This document shows, one piece after another, positions 24,341 to 33,684 of a DNA stretch of 64,000 nt. Both the position numbers and the translations under genes were made by a program. Origin of the DNA: a virus; the IMG/VR virus record IMGVR_UViG_3300028800_000074, positions 15,132-79,131 of that record; one strand, 5' to 3'. The notes below the pieces were generated by a model, which was given only the letters and a program-made list of their open reading frames with translations, searched no databases and was not told the DNA's origin. Position 1 is the stretch's first letter, and each line of letters opens with the position of its first letter.

Positions 24341-25444
24341 ATGACCGTTCACATGAACCCGCAAGAGGCACGCGCCGCTTGGGCTCTGCATGCGCCCGAG
24401 TTCGCTCGCCTCGGTTTTATCGCGCCGGAAATCCAGTCCTACTACCCCTCTGGGATGAAGGAAGACTGGACGCTGGCGTTCGACGCGCAGCCTTCGCTCC
24501 AGTCCGACCCGAACTCGGCGCTGCCGGTGATGCTCACGACGATGATCGACCCAGAAGTCGTTCGCTTCGTCTTCGCGCCGACCGAGTTCGCCGACATCTG
24601 CGGCGAAGTCCGGAAGGGTACGTGGCTCGACGAGACGATCCTCTTCCCGGTCGTTGAACACACCGGCGAGGTCGCGCCCTACGGCGACGACTTCAACAGC
24701 GGCGCGTCCGGGGTCAACATGAACTGGCCCCCGAGGCAGAGCTACCTGTTCCAGATCATCAAGCAGTACGGACAGCGTGCGCTTGAGCGGGCGGGGCTCG
24801 GCAAGATCGACTACGTGAGCGAGATCGACAAGGCTGCGGCCGACGTCGTGAACCGCTTCCACAACCTCGCCTACGCGTTCGGCATCCTAGGCCTCATCAA
24901 CTACGGCATGTTGAACGACCCGGCGCTCCCGGCGTCGCTCACCCCGGGCGTCAAGGCGAACGGAAACGGCAACGTCTGGATTTTCAACAATCTGCCGAAC
25001 GCCAGCGCCAACGAGGTCTACAACGACATCCTCGCCCTCTACCAGTCGCTCATCTCGCGCACCTACGGCCTCGTCAACAAGAAGTCGAAGCTGACGCTCG
25101 TGATGTCGCCGGGTTCCGAGATGGCGATGGACTTCGCCAACGGCTTCAACGTCCACACGAGCGACATCCTCGCGAAGGCGTTCCCGAACCTCACGATCAA
25201 GACCGCGCCGCAGTACGGCGTGCTCTCTGCGGCCAACCCGCAGGGGATCACCGGGGGCAACTTCGTGCAGCTCTTCGCCGAGGAGTTCGAGGGGACCAAG
25301 ACCGTGATGGCCGCCTTCAACGAGAAGCAGCGCGCCTTCCCCATCATCAAGGAGATGTCGTCCTTCAAGCAGAAGGTCGCCTCCGGCGTGTGGGGCACCG
25401 TGATCCGACGGCCGCTCGCCGTCGCATCCATGATCGGGGTGTAA
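24341..25444 (+). CDS. Major capsid protein (DUF2184 type)
   Basis: LAFD|AQP, KGTW, VEHTGEVAPYGD, RQSYLFQ, YGMLNDP, GVWGTVIRRP. Confidence 0.93.
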   Translation: MTVHMNPQEARAAWALHAPEFARLGFIAPEIQSYYPSGMKEDWTLAFDAQPSLQSDPNSALPVMLTTMIDPEVVRFVFAPTEFADICGEVRKGTWLDETILFPVVEHTGEVAPYGDDFNSGASGVNMNWPPRQSYLFQIIKQYGQRALERAGLGKIDYVSEIDKAAADVVNRFHNLAYAFGILGLINYGMLNDPALPASLTPGVKANGNGNVWIFNNLPNASANEVYNDILALYQSLISRTYGLVNKKSKLTLVMSPGSEMAMDFANGFNVHTSDILAKAFPNLTIKTAPQYGVLSAANPQGITGGNFVQLFAEEFEGTKTVMAAFNEKQRAFPIIKEMSSFKQKVASGVWGTVIRRPLAVASMIGV

Positions 25445-25513
25445 CCCCGGCCATATCGCACCGGGTCGGCGAGAGAGAGCGACCCAAACTTCCAAAACTG
25501 AAAGCAGGACATC

Positions 25514-26083
25514 ATGCCTCAAGCCGCAAGGCGGGAGCAGTCGATTGCGCACGCAGGCGCGACCGGCACCGCCACCGTAACCGTCGCCTCGAAGCACCCG
25601 CAAGACATCGAGCTGCGGGTGATGGAGAAGTACACGCAGCGCGTCACCTATCAGTCGATGACTGTCGACGAAGAGCACTGGCGCTCGAAGGGCCGACACT
25701 ACGTCGTCAAGGGCAACTCGAAGCCGACGAACGGCAACTATCGAGCCCCGATTGCAGGCGGCTACGCGCTTACTCGCGGCATCCCGGCCGAGTTCTGGGA
25801 TGAGTGGTGCAAGCAGAACGAGGGCAGTCCGCTGCTCAAGCCGGACGGCTTCGACGGCCAGCCTATCCTCCACGCTCTTGAGCGACCGCGCGAGGTCGCC
25901 GCATGGGCCAAGGATCACGCGTTCGTCCGCTCGAACATGGAGCCTATGTCGCCGGAGGACGATCCGCGCAACCCGAAGAACCCCTACGGCATCAAGGTCA
26001 AGCCGGACGAAGACGGCGGCAACGAGTTCTTCTTCGACGAAGAAGGCGAAGAAATCGCCGACAAGGCCGCGCGTCAGGCCTGA
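25514..26083 (+). CDS. Conserved protein downstream of capsid
   Basis: VTVAxKxP...GGYALT..IPAEFW..W pattern; position. Confidence 0.75.
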   Translation: MPQAARREQSIAHAGATGTATVTVASKHPQDIELRVMEKYTQRVTYQSMTVDEEHWRSKGRHYVVKGNSKPTNGNYRAPIAGGYALTRGIPAEFWDEWCKQNEGSPLLKPDGFDGQPILHALERPREVAAWAKDHAFVRSNMEPMSPEDDPRNPKNPYGIKVKPDEDGGNEFFFDEEGEEIADKAARQA

Positions 26084-26565
26084 TGGGCGTCGTCGTCCCG
26101 TCGTTCGACTATGCGGGGTGGGCTCTGGCCTACCCCGAACTCGCGCGTGCCGACGGCGTCTACCCAGACGGCACGCCGTGGTCGATGAGCGACACTGTCG
26201 CGACCATGCTGTGGAAGGACGCCGGTCTGCCGGGCGGTTACTTCCGAAACGACGGCGGCGGCCGATGCAACGACGTCGCCACGGCGGCGTCGATCCTCTT
26301 CAAGGTCACGGCGCATCTCGCGGCTCTGTGGATCAGACGGCAGCGAGACGTCGAGACCGGCTTCGTGGTCGGCAGGATCGCCTCAGGAGGCCAAGGAGGC
26401 GTGTCCGGCTCGATCCAGAACGATTATCCGCCCGGGACGCCGCAGTGGTGGCAGCAGACCTCCTACGGCTCTGACGCGTGGTCGCAGATGGCTCCATTCC
26501 GGGGCTTCGCCTACGTGCCCGGCCACAGTCGAAATATGAACCCTTGGTGGCCTTGGGCCTACTGA
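26083..26565 (+). CDS. Head-tail connector (DUF4054 type)
   Basis: FDY..W...YPE, TAHLA, VGRIAS, WWQQTSYG. Confidence 0.88.
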   Translation: MGVVVPSFDYAGWALAYPELARADGVYPDGTPWSMSDTVATMLWKDAGLPGGYFRNDGGGRCNDVATAASILFKVTAHLAALWIRRQRDVETGFVVGRIASGGQGGVSGSIQNDYPPGTPQWWQQTSYGSDAWSQMAPFRGFAYVPGHSRNMNPWWPWAY

Positions 26566-26583
26566 CCGAAAGGAACATCGATC

Positions 26584-27216
26584 ATGAGCGGCGGACAATT
26601 CCCTTTCATCCCGACCATCCTCACGTCCATGGGCGACATGCCCCTCAACTTCCAGCCGTCGTTCAGTGCGACGCAGGTCGGCTCGGCCGCGCAGGGAGCT
26701 GCGAACTCGTCCGTGCGCGAGAGCGGCAACATGTATATCTACTCCGGCCCGACGATCTCGCCGACCGGCACTGGCGGTGCCAAGGTCGTGGCCTTCTTCG
26801 CCATCCCGGCGAACGCCTTCGACATCGCAGGGCGCACGCTCACGCTTATGGCGAGCGGCGGCTTCGCGGTGAACGCGAACACGAAGGCCATCACCCTCGT
26901 CGTCACCGCGACGTTGCCGGTTCTCAATTCGAACGCTCCCTCCGGCACGACCATCGCCTCGACCGGCGCGGTGACGACGAGCGGCGCGGGATGGGCAATC
27001 GGCGCTCAGATCACGAAGTACGGCAACCCGGGCTCGAACACGCAGACCGCCGTCCACAATGCGGCGCAGTGCGGCGCGGCCGTCGAGGCGCTGACGCTTC
27101 CGTCGGCGCTGACCTTGAACGAGAGCGTGGTCAACTATGTCGCGGTCTGTCTCAACAACACGACCACGAACACCGACTCGACCCTCGCCCTCTTCGAGGC
27201 GACGTGGAACAACTAA
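26584..27216 (+). CDS. Putative virion structural beta-sandwich protein
   Basis: Thr/Ala/Gly-rich beta pattern within neck genes; AAGGA RBS. Confidence 0.7.
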   Translation: MSGGQFPFIPTILTSMGDMPLNFQPSFSATQVGSAAQGAANSSVRESGNMYIYSGPTISPTGTGGAKVVAFFAIPANAFDIAGRTLTLMASGGFAVNANTKAITLVVTATLPVLNSNAPSGTTIASTGAVTTSGAGWAIGAQITKYGNPGSNTQTAVHNAAQCGAAVEALTLPSALTLNESVVNYVAVCLNNTTTNTDSTLALFEATWNN

Positions 27217-27287
27217 GGGACGTCGCGGGCTGGGTCTTCTTCGCCTTCATCGTCATCGGCCTCGCCCTTATGTGGGTCCATGGTTAA
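27204..27287 (+). CDS. 27-aa single-TM micropeptide
   Basis: GAGG...GTG; MEQLRDVAGWVFFAFIVIGLALMWVHG; overlaps both neighbours. Confidence 0.45.
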   Translation: MEQLRDVAGWVFFAFIVIGLALMWVHG

Positions 27288-27726
27288 GGCGTCCGGTGGT
27301 GACCGTTGGCGTCACCGCATGGACGCCGTCAGGACCGCGCTAGAAGAGGCGAAGGCGGTCGACGTCGGCTTCATGCCCGGCGCGAAGTATCCAGACGGAA
27401 CCCCGGTCGCGCTCGTCGCGGCGGTGCAGAACTTCGGCGCTCCGTCGCGTGGCATCCCTCCACGTCCCTTCTTCACCGAGATGATCCGAGAGCGCAGCGG
27501 CGAGTGGCCGCAGGCGATCAAGGAGTTCCTGAAGGTCGGCGACTTCAACACGAAGGACGCGCTGGAGCACATGGGCGAGTTGATCAAGGGCGAGCTGCAA
27601 CAGAAGATCAACACCTTCCAAGGCGTCCCGCTCGCGGCGGCGACGATCAAGAAGAAGGGCTTCGACAAGCAGCTCGTCGACACGTCGCACATGATCAACA
27701 GCGTCGACTATCAGGTGGTAAAATGA
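27280..27726 (+). CDS. Neck/tail completion protein
   Basis: VGF..GAKYPDGTPVA.VA..QNFG...IPPRPF; KGFDKQLVDT. Confidence 0.88.
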   Translation: MVKASGGDRWRHRMDAVRTALEEAKAVDVGFMPGAKYPDGTPVALVAAVQNFGAPSRGIPPRPFFTEMIRERSGEWPQAIKEFLKVGDFNTKDALEHMGELIKGELQQKINTFQGVPLAAATIKKKGFDKQLVDTSHMINSVDYQVVK

Positions 27727-28055
27727 ACGGTCGCATGCTCACTGACGGCTCACCGGTCCCAGAGGACGGATCGCATATCGAGCTGAAGCCCAATGGCCAG
27801 CAGAAGGACTACATCGTCCTAACGCCGGAAGAGCGAGCGAAGGGGTTCGTTCGCCCTGTCCGCAGGAAGTACATCCACCTGAAGTGCGGCAGCGTGACGT
27901 CCATGGGGCCGTCCATCGCCGAGACCTATGCGCGTGATCCGCACTTCTACAGCGGAACCTTCTGCGTCGCGTGCGGCAAGCACTTCCCGGTCGGCCCTCT
28001 CGATATGGGCGGTGAGTTCGTCTGGGACGGCACCGAAGAGGCGGTCGGAACTTAA
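27723..28055 (+). CDS. Zn-binding hypothetical protein
   Basis: HLKCG...FCVAC; GFVRPVR, AETYARDP. Confidence 0.75.
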   Translation: MNGRMLTDGSPVPEDGSHIELKPNGQQKDYIVLTPEERAKGFVRPVRRKYIHLKCGSVTSMGPSIAETYARDPHFYSGTFCVACGKHFPVGPLDMGGEFVWDGTEEAVGT

Positions 28056-28484
28056 GTGGTCGACTTCGCCCTCGTAACCGCAGGCGTCGCCAGCGCCATC
28101 AATCCGCGCGAGACGGTGATGATCACGCCGTCGACCGGGCCGAGCGCGCCGAACACGGCAGCTCAGCGCACGCCGACGTTCGGCACCCCGCGCAATGCTC
28201 AGGCTCAGTTTCAGCGCCTGTCGTACAACGATCTCCAGCAGATCGAGTCGTCCGGCATCAACATTCAAGGCGCTCGATTCAAGATCATCGTCCACGGGCC
28301 CATCGACGGCATCAACCGTTCGACCGGTCAGGGCGGCGATCTCGTCACGCGCATCCGCGTCGACCAGACCGTGTGGAAGTGCGTGCTCGTCCTTGATCGC
28401 TTCTACGGCACGCATGGCGAGGTTCGCTGGACCTCGGCCGTGGTGACGCAGCAAGACGCCGCACCGGTCTTCCAGAACAACTGA
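28056..28484 (+). CDS. Head closure/neck protein
   Basis: AINP, AQFQ.LS..DL, GGDL, W..AVV pattern; position. Confidence 0.8.
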   Translation: MVDFALVTAGVASAINPRETVMITPSTGPSAPNTAAQRTPTFGTPRNAQAQFQRLSYNDLQQIESSGINIQGARFKIIVHGPIDGINRSTGQGGDLVTRIRVDQTVWKCVLVLDRFYGTHGEVRWTSAVVTQQDAAPVFQNN

Positions 28485-29221
28485 TGCTCCTTCCGTCGCC
28501 AAATCAGGTCACGGCGCAATCGGACATGGTCTCGTTTCTCGGGACGATGTTCTCGGGCGTCGAAGTGATCGAAGGCCTCGACAATCGAGTGCCGGAGCCC
28601 GCTGGGTCAGACTTCATCGTCGTGACCCCGACCACGCGTCAGGCGCTCGGCTCGAACCTCGAAGTCTGGTCGGACGTCGTCTTCACCGCGACGATCTCCG
28701 GCAACACGCTCACCGTTTCGGCGGTCTCGTTCGGGACTATCGATCTCTCGAACAGCAATCAGCCTTCACTGTGGGGCGTTGGGGTCGCCGATGCAACGCC
28801 GATCCTTTCACAGGTCAGCGGAACGCCGGGCGGCGTTGGCGTCTACACGCTCGGAGGATCGGCGCAGACGGTCTCGACGCCGACCACCATGGCGGCCGGA
28901 GAGATCATTGTGATGCGCCCGATGGCGATCACGATGCAGCTCGACTTCCATACCGCCAACGTGACCGACGCCGCCGATATGTCGGCCGCCTTCTCGGTCC
29001 TGTTCGGCACGCTGCAATCGACCGACGCTTTCAGAGGCTACGGCCACGGCGTCGGACCTCTCTACGCCGACGACCCTCATCTCGCTCCGTTCGTCAACGC
29101 CGAACAGGAGTGGGAGCAACGATGGGTCGTCAACGCGACCGTTCAGGCCTTCCAGCAGGTCGAGTGGCCGCAACAGTTCATGTCTCAAGTTCAGGTGACG
29201 TTCGTCCGTGCGGGCGTCTGA
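28484..29221 (+). CDS. Tail terminator/neck protein with inserted beta module
   Basis: GLDNRVPEP, PLYADDP, EQEWEQRW; directly before sheath. Confidence 0.8.
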   Translation: MLLPSPNQVTAQSDMVSFLGTMFSGVEVIEGLDNRVPEPAGSDFIVVTPTTRQALGSNLEVWSDVVFTATISGNTLTVSAVSFGTIDLSNSNQPSLWGVGVADATPILSQVSGTPGGVGVYTLGGSAQTVSTPTTMAAGEIIVMRPMAITMQLDFHTANVTDAADMSAAFSVLFGTLQSTDAFRGYGHGVGPLYADDPHLAPFVNAEQEWEQRWVVNATVQAFQQVEWPQQFMSQVQVTFVRAGV

Positions 29222-29240
29222 GCGATAGGAGAGCCGAAAA

Positions 29241-31217
29241 GTGACCACGATCCCGGTTTCGTTTATCGCCAACGTCATCCCCTCCGTCATTCAAGCGGGC
29301 GGAGCGGCGTTGGTTCTCAACGGCCTGATGCTGACGACCTCTCAGCGTCTTCCGACTGGCACCGTGCAGGGCTACGGCTCGGCGGCCAACGTCGGCACCT
29401 ATTTCGGGCTCAGCTCGAACGAGTATTTGAAGGCGCAGCAATACTTCAACTCGTACCTGCTCGCATCGCAGTACCCGGGGCAGATTCTCGTCGCGCAGTT
29501 CACGCCGACCGACGTCCCCGGATGGGTGCGAGGCGGATCGATTGCCGGTTTGACGGTGCCTCAGGTCGCGGCGCTCACCGGCAACATCTCCATCGCCATC
29601 GGCGGCGGCACCTACACGGCGACCGGCTTGTCGCTGTCGAGCGCGACCTCCTACAGCGCGGCGGCGACGCTGATCCAGACCGCGCTCAACACGACCTTGC
29701 CCACCGGCTTCACGAGCACCGCCACGTCGGGCTCAATCGTCGCGGTGTCGTCGACCTTCCAAGGTTCGATTGCAGGCAACGTGCTCACCGTCACCAGCGC
29801 GCCGTCGAACCTGCTTGTTCGAGGCGCGATCATCACGGTCGGCGCGTCGGTCGGCACGCAGATCACGGAGCAGCTCACTTCGACCGGCGCGGCGAACGGC
29901 GGCGTCGGCACCTACGCGGTCTCGATCTATCAGTCGGTCCCGCTGGGCACGAACTTCACCGCGACCTACGGCACGCTCACCCTGTCGGCCCCTCCGGCGT
30001 CGGGCACGGCGTCGATTGGGATGCAGATTTCCGGCACGGGCGTGACGGCCGGGACGCAGCTCATGCAGGCGGGGCCGGGAACGGCCGGACAATCGTTCTA
30101 CGTCTCGCCGTCGCAGACCGTGACCAATCAGACGATCACGGGCGTGTGGCCGCCTCTCACGGTGACCTACGACTCGATCTCTGGCGGCATCCTGATCACG
30201 GCGGGCAATGTTGGAGCGATCTCGACCGCCGCAGCGGCGACCGGCTCGCTTGCGACGTCTCTCAACCTCACGACCGCGACCGGCGCAACCGTCAGTCAGG
30301 GCGCAGCCGGTGTGACGCCGGGCGCGTTCATGCCGAACATCGTCTCGGCGACCCAGAACTGGGCGAGCTTCTTCACGCTCTACGATCCGGACGACGCTGG
30401 CGCTAACACCGGACAGTGGGCCTCGAAGGTCGCATTTTCTTCGTGGGCGACGGCGCAGAACAACCGGTACCTCTACCTCGGGTGGGATACCGACATTCAG
30501 CCGACGCTCCAGTTTAGCTGCACCACGTCGTTCGCTTACGCGGTCGGTCCGAACGGGACGAACTCTTCGGGCACGATGCCGATCTACGATCCCAACAATA
30601 CGGGCAAGGCGGCGTTCGTCGCGGGCTGCATCGCGAGCATCAACTTCGGCGCGCTCAACGGCCGAACCACGATGGCGTTCAGGCAGCAGAGTGGTCAGGT
30701 CGCCGACGTCACGACCGGCACCGCCTACACGAACCTGCTCAACAACGGCTACAACTTCTACGGCGCTTATTCGACCGCCAATCAGGGGTACACGTTCCTC
30801 TACAACGGGTCGGTCACCGGGCCGTATCTGTGGGCTGATTCCTATGTGAACCAGATCTACATGAACGCGGCATTTCAGGTCGACATGATCAGCCTCATGA
30901 CGACCGTTCCGTCGATCCCGTACAACACCACGGGTGCGACGATGGTCGAGACCTCGCTGCTCCCGACCATCAATCAGATGGTCAACTTCGGAGCCGTCGT
31001 TCCCGGCATTTCGCTGAGCGGCAACGAGATCGCGGCGGTCAACGCCATCGCGGGCTTCGACGTCTCCGGCATCCTCTTCAACGCCGGATGGTACTTCCAG
31101 ATGCAGCCCGCGATCCCGTCGACGAGACGCGCTCGCACGACGCCGCCGATCTACTTCTTTTATTGCGATGGCGGTTCCATTCAGCAGATGACGCTTAACA
31201 GCGTCGAGCTTCAGTAA
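29241..31217 (+). CDS. Tail sheath protein (DUF3383 type)
   Basis: IP...IANVIPSV, YFG.SS.EY, TQNWASF, NGYNFYG, IPYN..G, YCDGGSIQ. Confidence 0.92.
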   Translation: MTTIPVSFIANVIPSVIQAGGAALVLNGLMLTTSQRLPTGTVQGYGSAANVGTYFGLSSNEYLKAQQYFNSYLLASQYPGQILVAQFTPTDVPGWVRGGSIAGLTVPQVAALTGNISIAIGGGTYTATGLSLSSATSYSAAATLIQTALNTTLPTGFTSTATSGSIVAVSSTFQGSIAGNVLTVTSAPSNLLVRGAIITVGASVGTQITEQLTSTGAANGGVGTYAVSIYQSVPLGTNFTATYGTLTLSAPPASGTASIGMQISGTGVTAGTQLMQAGPGTAGQSFYVSPSQTVTNQTITGVWPPLTVTYDSISGGILITAGNVGAISTAAAATGSLATSLNLTTATGATVSQGAAGVTPGAFMPNIVSATQNWASFFTLYDPDDAGANTGQWASKVAFSSWATAQNNRYLYLGWDTDIQPTLQFSCTTSFAYAVGPNGTNSSGTMPIYDPNNTGKAAFVAGCIASINFGALNGRTTMAFRQQSGQVADVTTGTAYTNLLNNGYNFYGAYSTANQGYTFLYNGSVTGPYLWADSYVNQIYMNAAFQVDMISLMTTVPSIPYNTTGATMVETSLLPTINQMVNFGAVVPGISLSGNEIAAVNAIAGFDVSGILFNAGWYFQMQPAIPSTRRARTTPPIYFFYCDGGSIQQMTLNSVELQ

Positions 31218-31255
31218 CCTAGCGCCAATCGAGCCCCGTTAAGGAGAACTGTCTC

Positions 31256-31726
31256 ATGGCAACGCAGATCACGTCGCTCGATTGCATCTTCATGCTCGGG
31301 GTGACGAACGTCTACAACAACCCCATCAAGCTCTCGAACTTCTCGGCCGACGACATCTTCACCACCGAGAACTTGGCGGTCGGCGAGTTCGTGATGGGCA
31401 TCGACGGCTTCCTGACGGGCGGCGCGCTCAACGTGCCGACCCCGATGACGATCTCGCTGCAAGCCGACTCGCCGTCCATCGTCCTCTTCGACGACTGGTA
31501 CCTCTACATGAAGCAGAACGACACGCTGGCGTGGGCGTTCGGAACCGTGGCCTTCCCGTCGCTCGGTAAGAAGTTCACGCTCGATAGGGGCGGCCTTCGA
31601 AACTACAAGATGATCGCCGACGCACGGAAGACGCTCCAGCCGGTGCAGTACACCATCATCTGGCAGAACCCGCTTCCAGCGCCGTCGGCGCAGGCGACGC
31701 TCGCCGTCCCGCCTGCCGGGCACTAA
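31256..31726 (+). CDS. Tail tube protein (DUF3277 type)
   Basis: ITS, FSADD, MGIDG.L.GG, LQADSPS..FD.W. Confidence 0.88.
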   Translation: MATQITSLDCIFMLGVTNVYNNPIKLSNFSADDIFTTENLAVGEFVMGIDGFLTGGALNVPTPMTISLQADSPSIVLFDDWYLYMKQNDTLAWAFGTVAFPSLGKKFTLDRGGLRNYKMIADARKTLQPVQYTIIWQNPLPAPSAQATLAVPPAGH

Positions 31727-31731
31727 GCCGT

Positions 31732-32979
31732 ATGATCAGGCGTATTGTCGCGGCGCTCGTCGCCGCATCCCTCGCGGTCGCCTGCGCCACCGCGAGGTCG
31801 TCGTCTCCTTCCGTCGGAAAGGGATACCAGCGGGTCACTCAGGATTGGACCGGCTCGTCGACATCCGGCCACTTCGTCGACCCGAGCCTGTCGTCGCAGT
31901 CTGCGAACCTGTGGAACCACTATCAGGGCATCGCGGTCCTCTACGCCGAGTGGAAGACGAATCAGCCTCAGGCGAGCGATGCGCTGAGCCGCATCAAGGC
32001 GGAGGCCGCGTGGGTCAAAGCTACGTGGCCAAACGCCTCGACGTGGTCAAGTTGCGGCACCGGGGCAATGCTCCCGGCCCTCGACGACGTCGCATGGACC
32101 GCGCATGCCTTCCTCGTCTTCAACGAGGTCACTGGCGACAAGTTCTGGCTCACGGCGGCGAAGAACGCCATCGATTGCTCGGGCAACCGCTGGTACGACC
32201 CGAACTGGGGCGGCCTCTGGTACAACGACGCCAAGGTCTCGAAGCGCAGCTACACAGCCGAACTCGTCTTCGACATGCTGCGCTACGACGAGCTGGCGCA
32301 CGTCAGCGACTATCTCGGCGACGCCCAGTACACCTATCAGTGGGCGACCACGAACGTCGCCCCTTGCGGCTCGGGCGTCATCGCCGGGGTCAGCTCGAAC
32401 TGCCTCTACCGCAGCGATGGAGGCTTCTGGGACGGCGTCGGCGCGAACGGCAATGCGGTCTTGCCAACGACGCAGACTTCGCCCACGCCTCCACCCGCCG
32501 ACGCGACGGGGACGCCCTACCAGATTCAGCTAGCGGCGACGCTTCCCTCGTGGGGCTGGAGCGTCACCTTCCTCGAAGGCAACATGATGTGGAGCGTCGT
32601 CGCGGCGAAGCTCAACGCCATCTCGCCGAACCCTGCCTTCGCCGCACAGATCAACGCCACGGCCGCGTTCATGGCGGCGCATGAGAGCTATCAGGGCGGC
32701 TTCCTCGATGATCAGGACGCCAACACCGACGCCGCAGCGGCCTACTTCTACCGGACGTTCGCCGAGCCGCTCCTGACCAGCGCCAACAAGACGAAGATCG
32801 ACGCGATGTACGCGGCGACCGCAAGCGGCGTCGTGGCAGGGAACTGGAGCTGGGATTGGCAGCTTCCCGCGTCGTGCGGCGTCTGGTGCAATCAGGGGTT
32901 CGGTTCATCGGCCGACCCGAAGGCTCCGCTCGCGCCAATCGCGAACTCGACCATGTGGGCCGTGATGGGAGGCCTCTGA
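31732..32979 (+). CDS. Exported glycoside hydrolase, GH76-like (alpha/alpha)6
   Basis: Signal peptide; LDDVAW double-Asp motif; TGD..WL..A; WGGLWY; SK.SYT; YL..A...YQW; GGFWDG. Confidence 0.8.
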   Translation: MIRRIVAALVAASLAVACATARSSSPSVGKGYQRVTQDWTGSSTSGHFVDPSLSSQSANLWNHYQGIAVLYAEWKTNQPQASDALSRIKAEAAWVKATWPNASTWSSCGTGAMLPALDDVAWTAHAFLVFNEVTGDKFWLTAAKNAIDCSGNRWYDPNWGGLWYNDAKVSKRSYTAELVFDMLRYDELAHVSDYLGDAQYTYQWATTNVAPCGSGVIAGVSSNCLYRSDGGFWDGVGANGNAVLPTTQTSPTPPPADATGTPYQIQLAATLPSWGWSVTFLEGNMMWSVVAAKLNAISPNPAFAAQINATAAFMAAHESYQGGFLDDQDANTDAAAAYFYRTFAEPLLTSANKTKIDAMYAATASGVVAGNWSWDWQLPASCGVWCNQGFGSSADPKAPLAPIANSTMWAVMGGL

Positions 32980-33016
32980 CCTTTCCCCTCAAACAAGCCA
33001 ACGGAAGGAGAGAGCC

Positions 33017-33547
33017 GTGGCGCTTCAAGAAGTACGTGTCATAGTCCCCAAGCTCGGGGGCAAGAACCGCGACGAAGGCAAGGCGTTCCTCTTGAAGGAG
33101 ATGACCGCCTACGATGCCGAATACTGGGGCGGCGAGATCGGCGATCTCTTCATCCAGTACGGGCTCGCCGAAGTGGTCGAGTCCGGCATGGCCGGTGTCG
33201 CGCAGAACATCGGCAAGGTGTTCAACAGCGGCGGGCGCATCCCGTTCGCCGAGGCTCACCGCAAGACCGAGCGCCTGATGCAGTGCGTCTACGTGATCCC
33301 AGACAAGTCGAAGCCGGACTTCGTGCGTCAGCTCCACGAGACCGACATCGAAGACCCGGACACGCGCATCTGGCTCAAGCGGCAGGTTCTCGAACTGCAC
33401 GTAAATTTTTCGACGCTCTTGAGCCGATTGGTCGCGGCTTTAGGGCTTTCTTCGACGACCTTGGCGTCGAGCCTGTCGGATACCCAAACGTCCCCGACAC
33501 CATCGCCGCCTGCCTATCGGCCAGCACGTCACCAGCCGAGACGTTGA
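33017..33547 (+). CDS. Tail assembly chaperone (G-like)
   Basis: RDxGKxFxxxEM, DIE...T...L...VLELHVNF; between tube and tape measure. Confidence 0.85.
   Translation: MALQEVRVIVPKLGGKNRDEGKAFLLKEMTAYDAEYWGGEIGDLFIQYGLAEVVESGMAGVAQNIGKVFNSGGRIPFAEAHRKTERLMQCVYVIPDKSKPDFVRQLHETDIEDPDTRIWLKRQVLELHVNFSTLLSRLVAALGLSSTTLASSLSDTQTSPTPSPPAYRPARHQPRR
33403..33409 (+). other. -1 ribosomal frameshift slippery site A AAT TTT
   Basis: In-frame X XXY YYZ heptamer at GTA AAT TTT; -1 frame stays open to 33684. Confidence 0.8.
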
Positions 33548-33684
33548 TCGCTCTCCAGACGGTCCTCAGCGTCAAGGACTTATATGTCCTGCTCGAAGTC
33601 ATGACCGTCGACACCTACAACAAGCGCCAGTACCAAGAGGCTTGGAAGGCAAAGTTAGAGCGCGAACGTGCCAACGGTTCTTGA
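33403..33684 (+). CDS. Frameshift extension (T-like part) of tail assembly chaperone
   Basis: YPNVP..I...L...LQTV.S..DLY.LLEV..VD.YN; no start of its own. Confidence 0.8.
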   Translation, partial: KFFDALEPIGRGFRAFFDDLGVEPVGYPNVPDTIAACLSASTSPAETLIALQTVLSVKDLYVLLEVMTVDTYNKRQYQEAWKAKLERERANGS

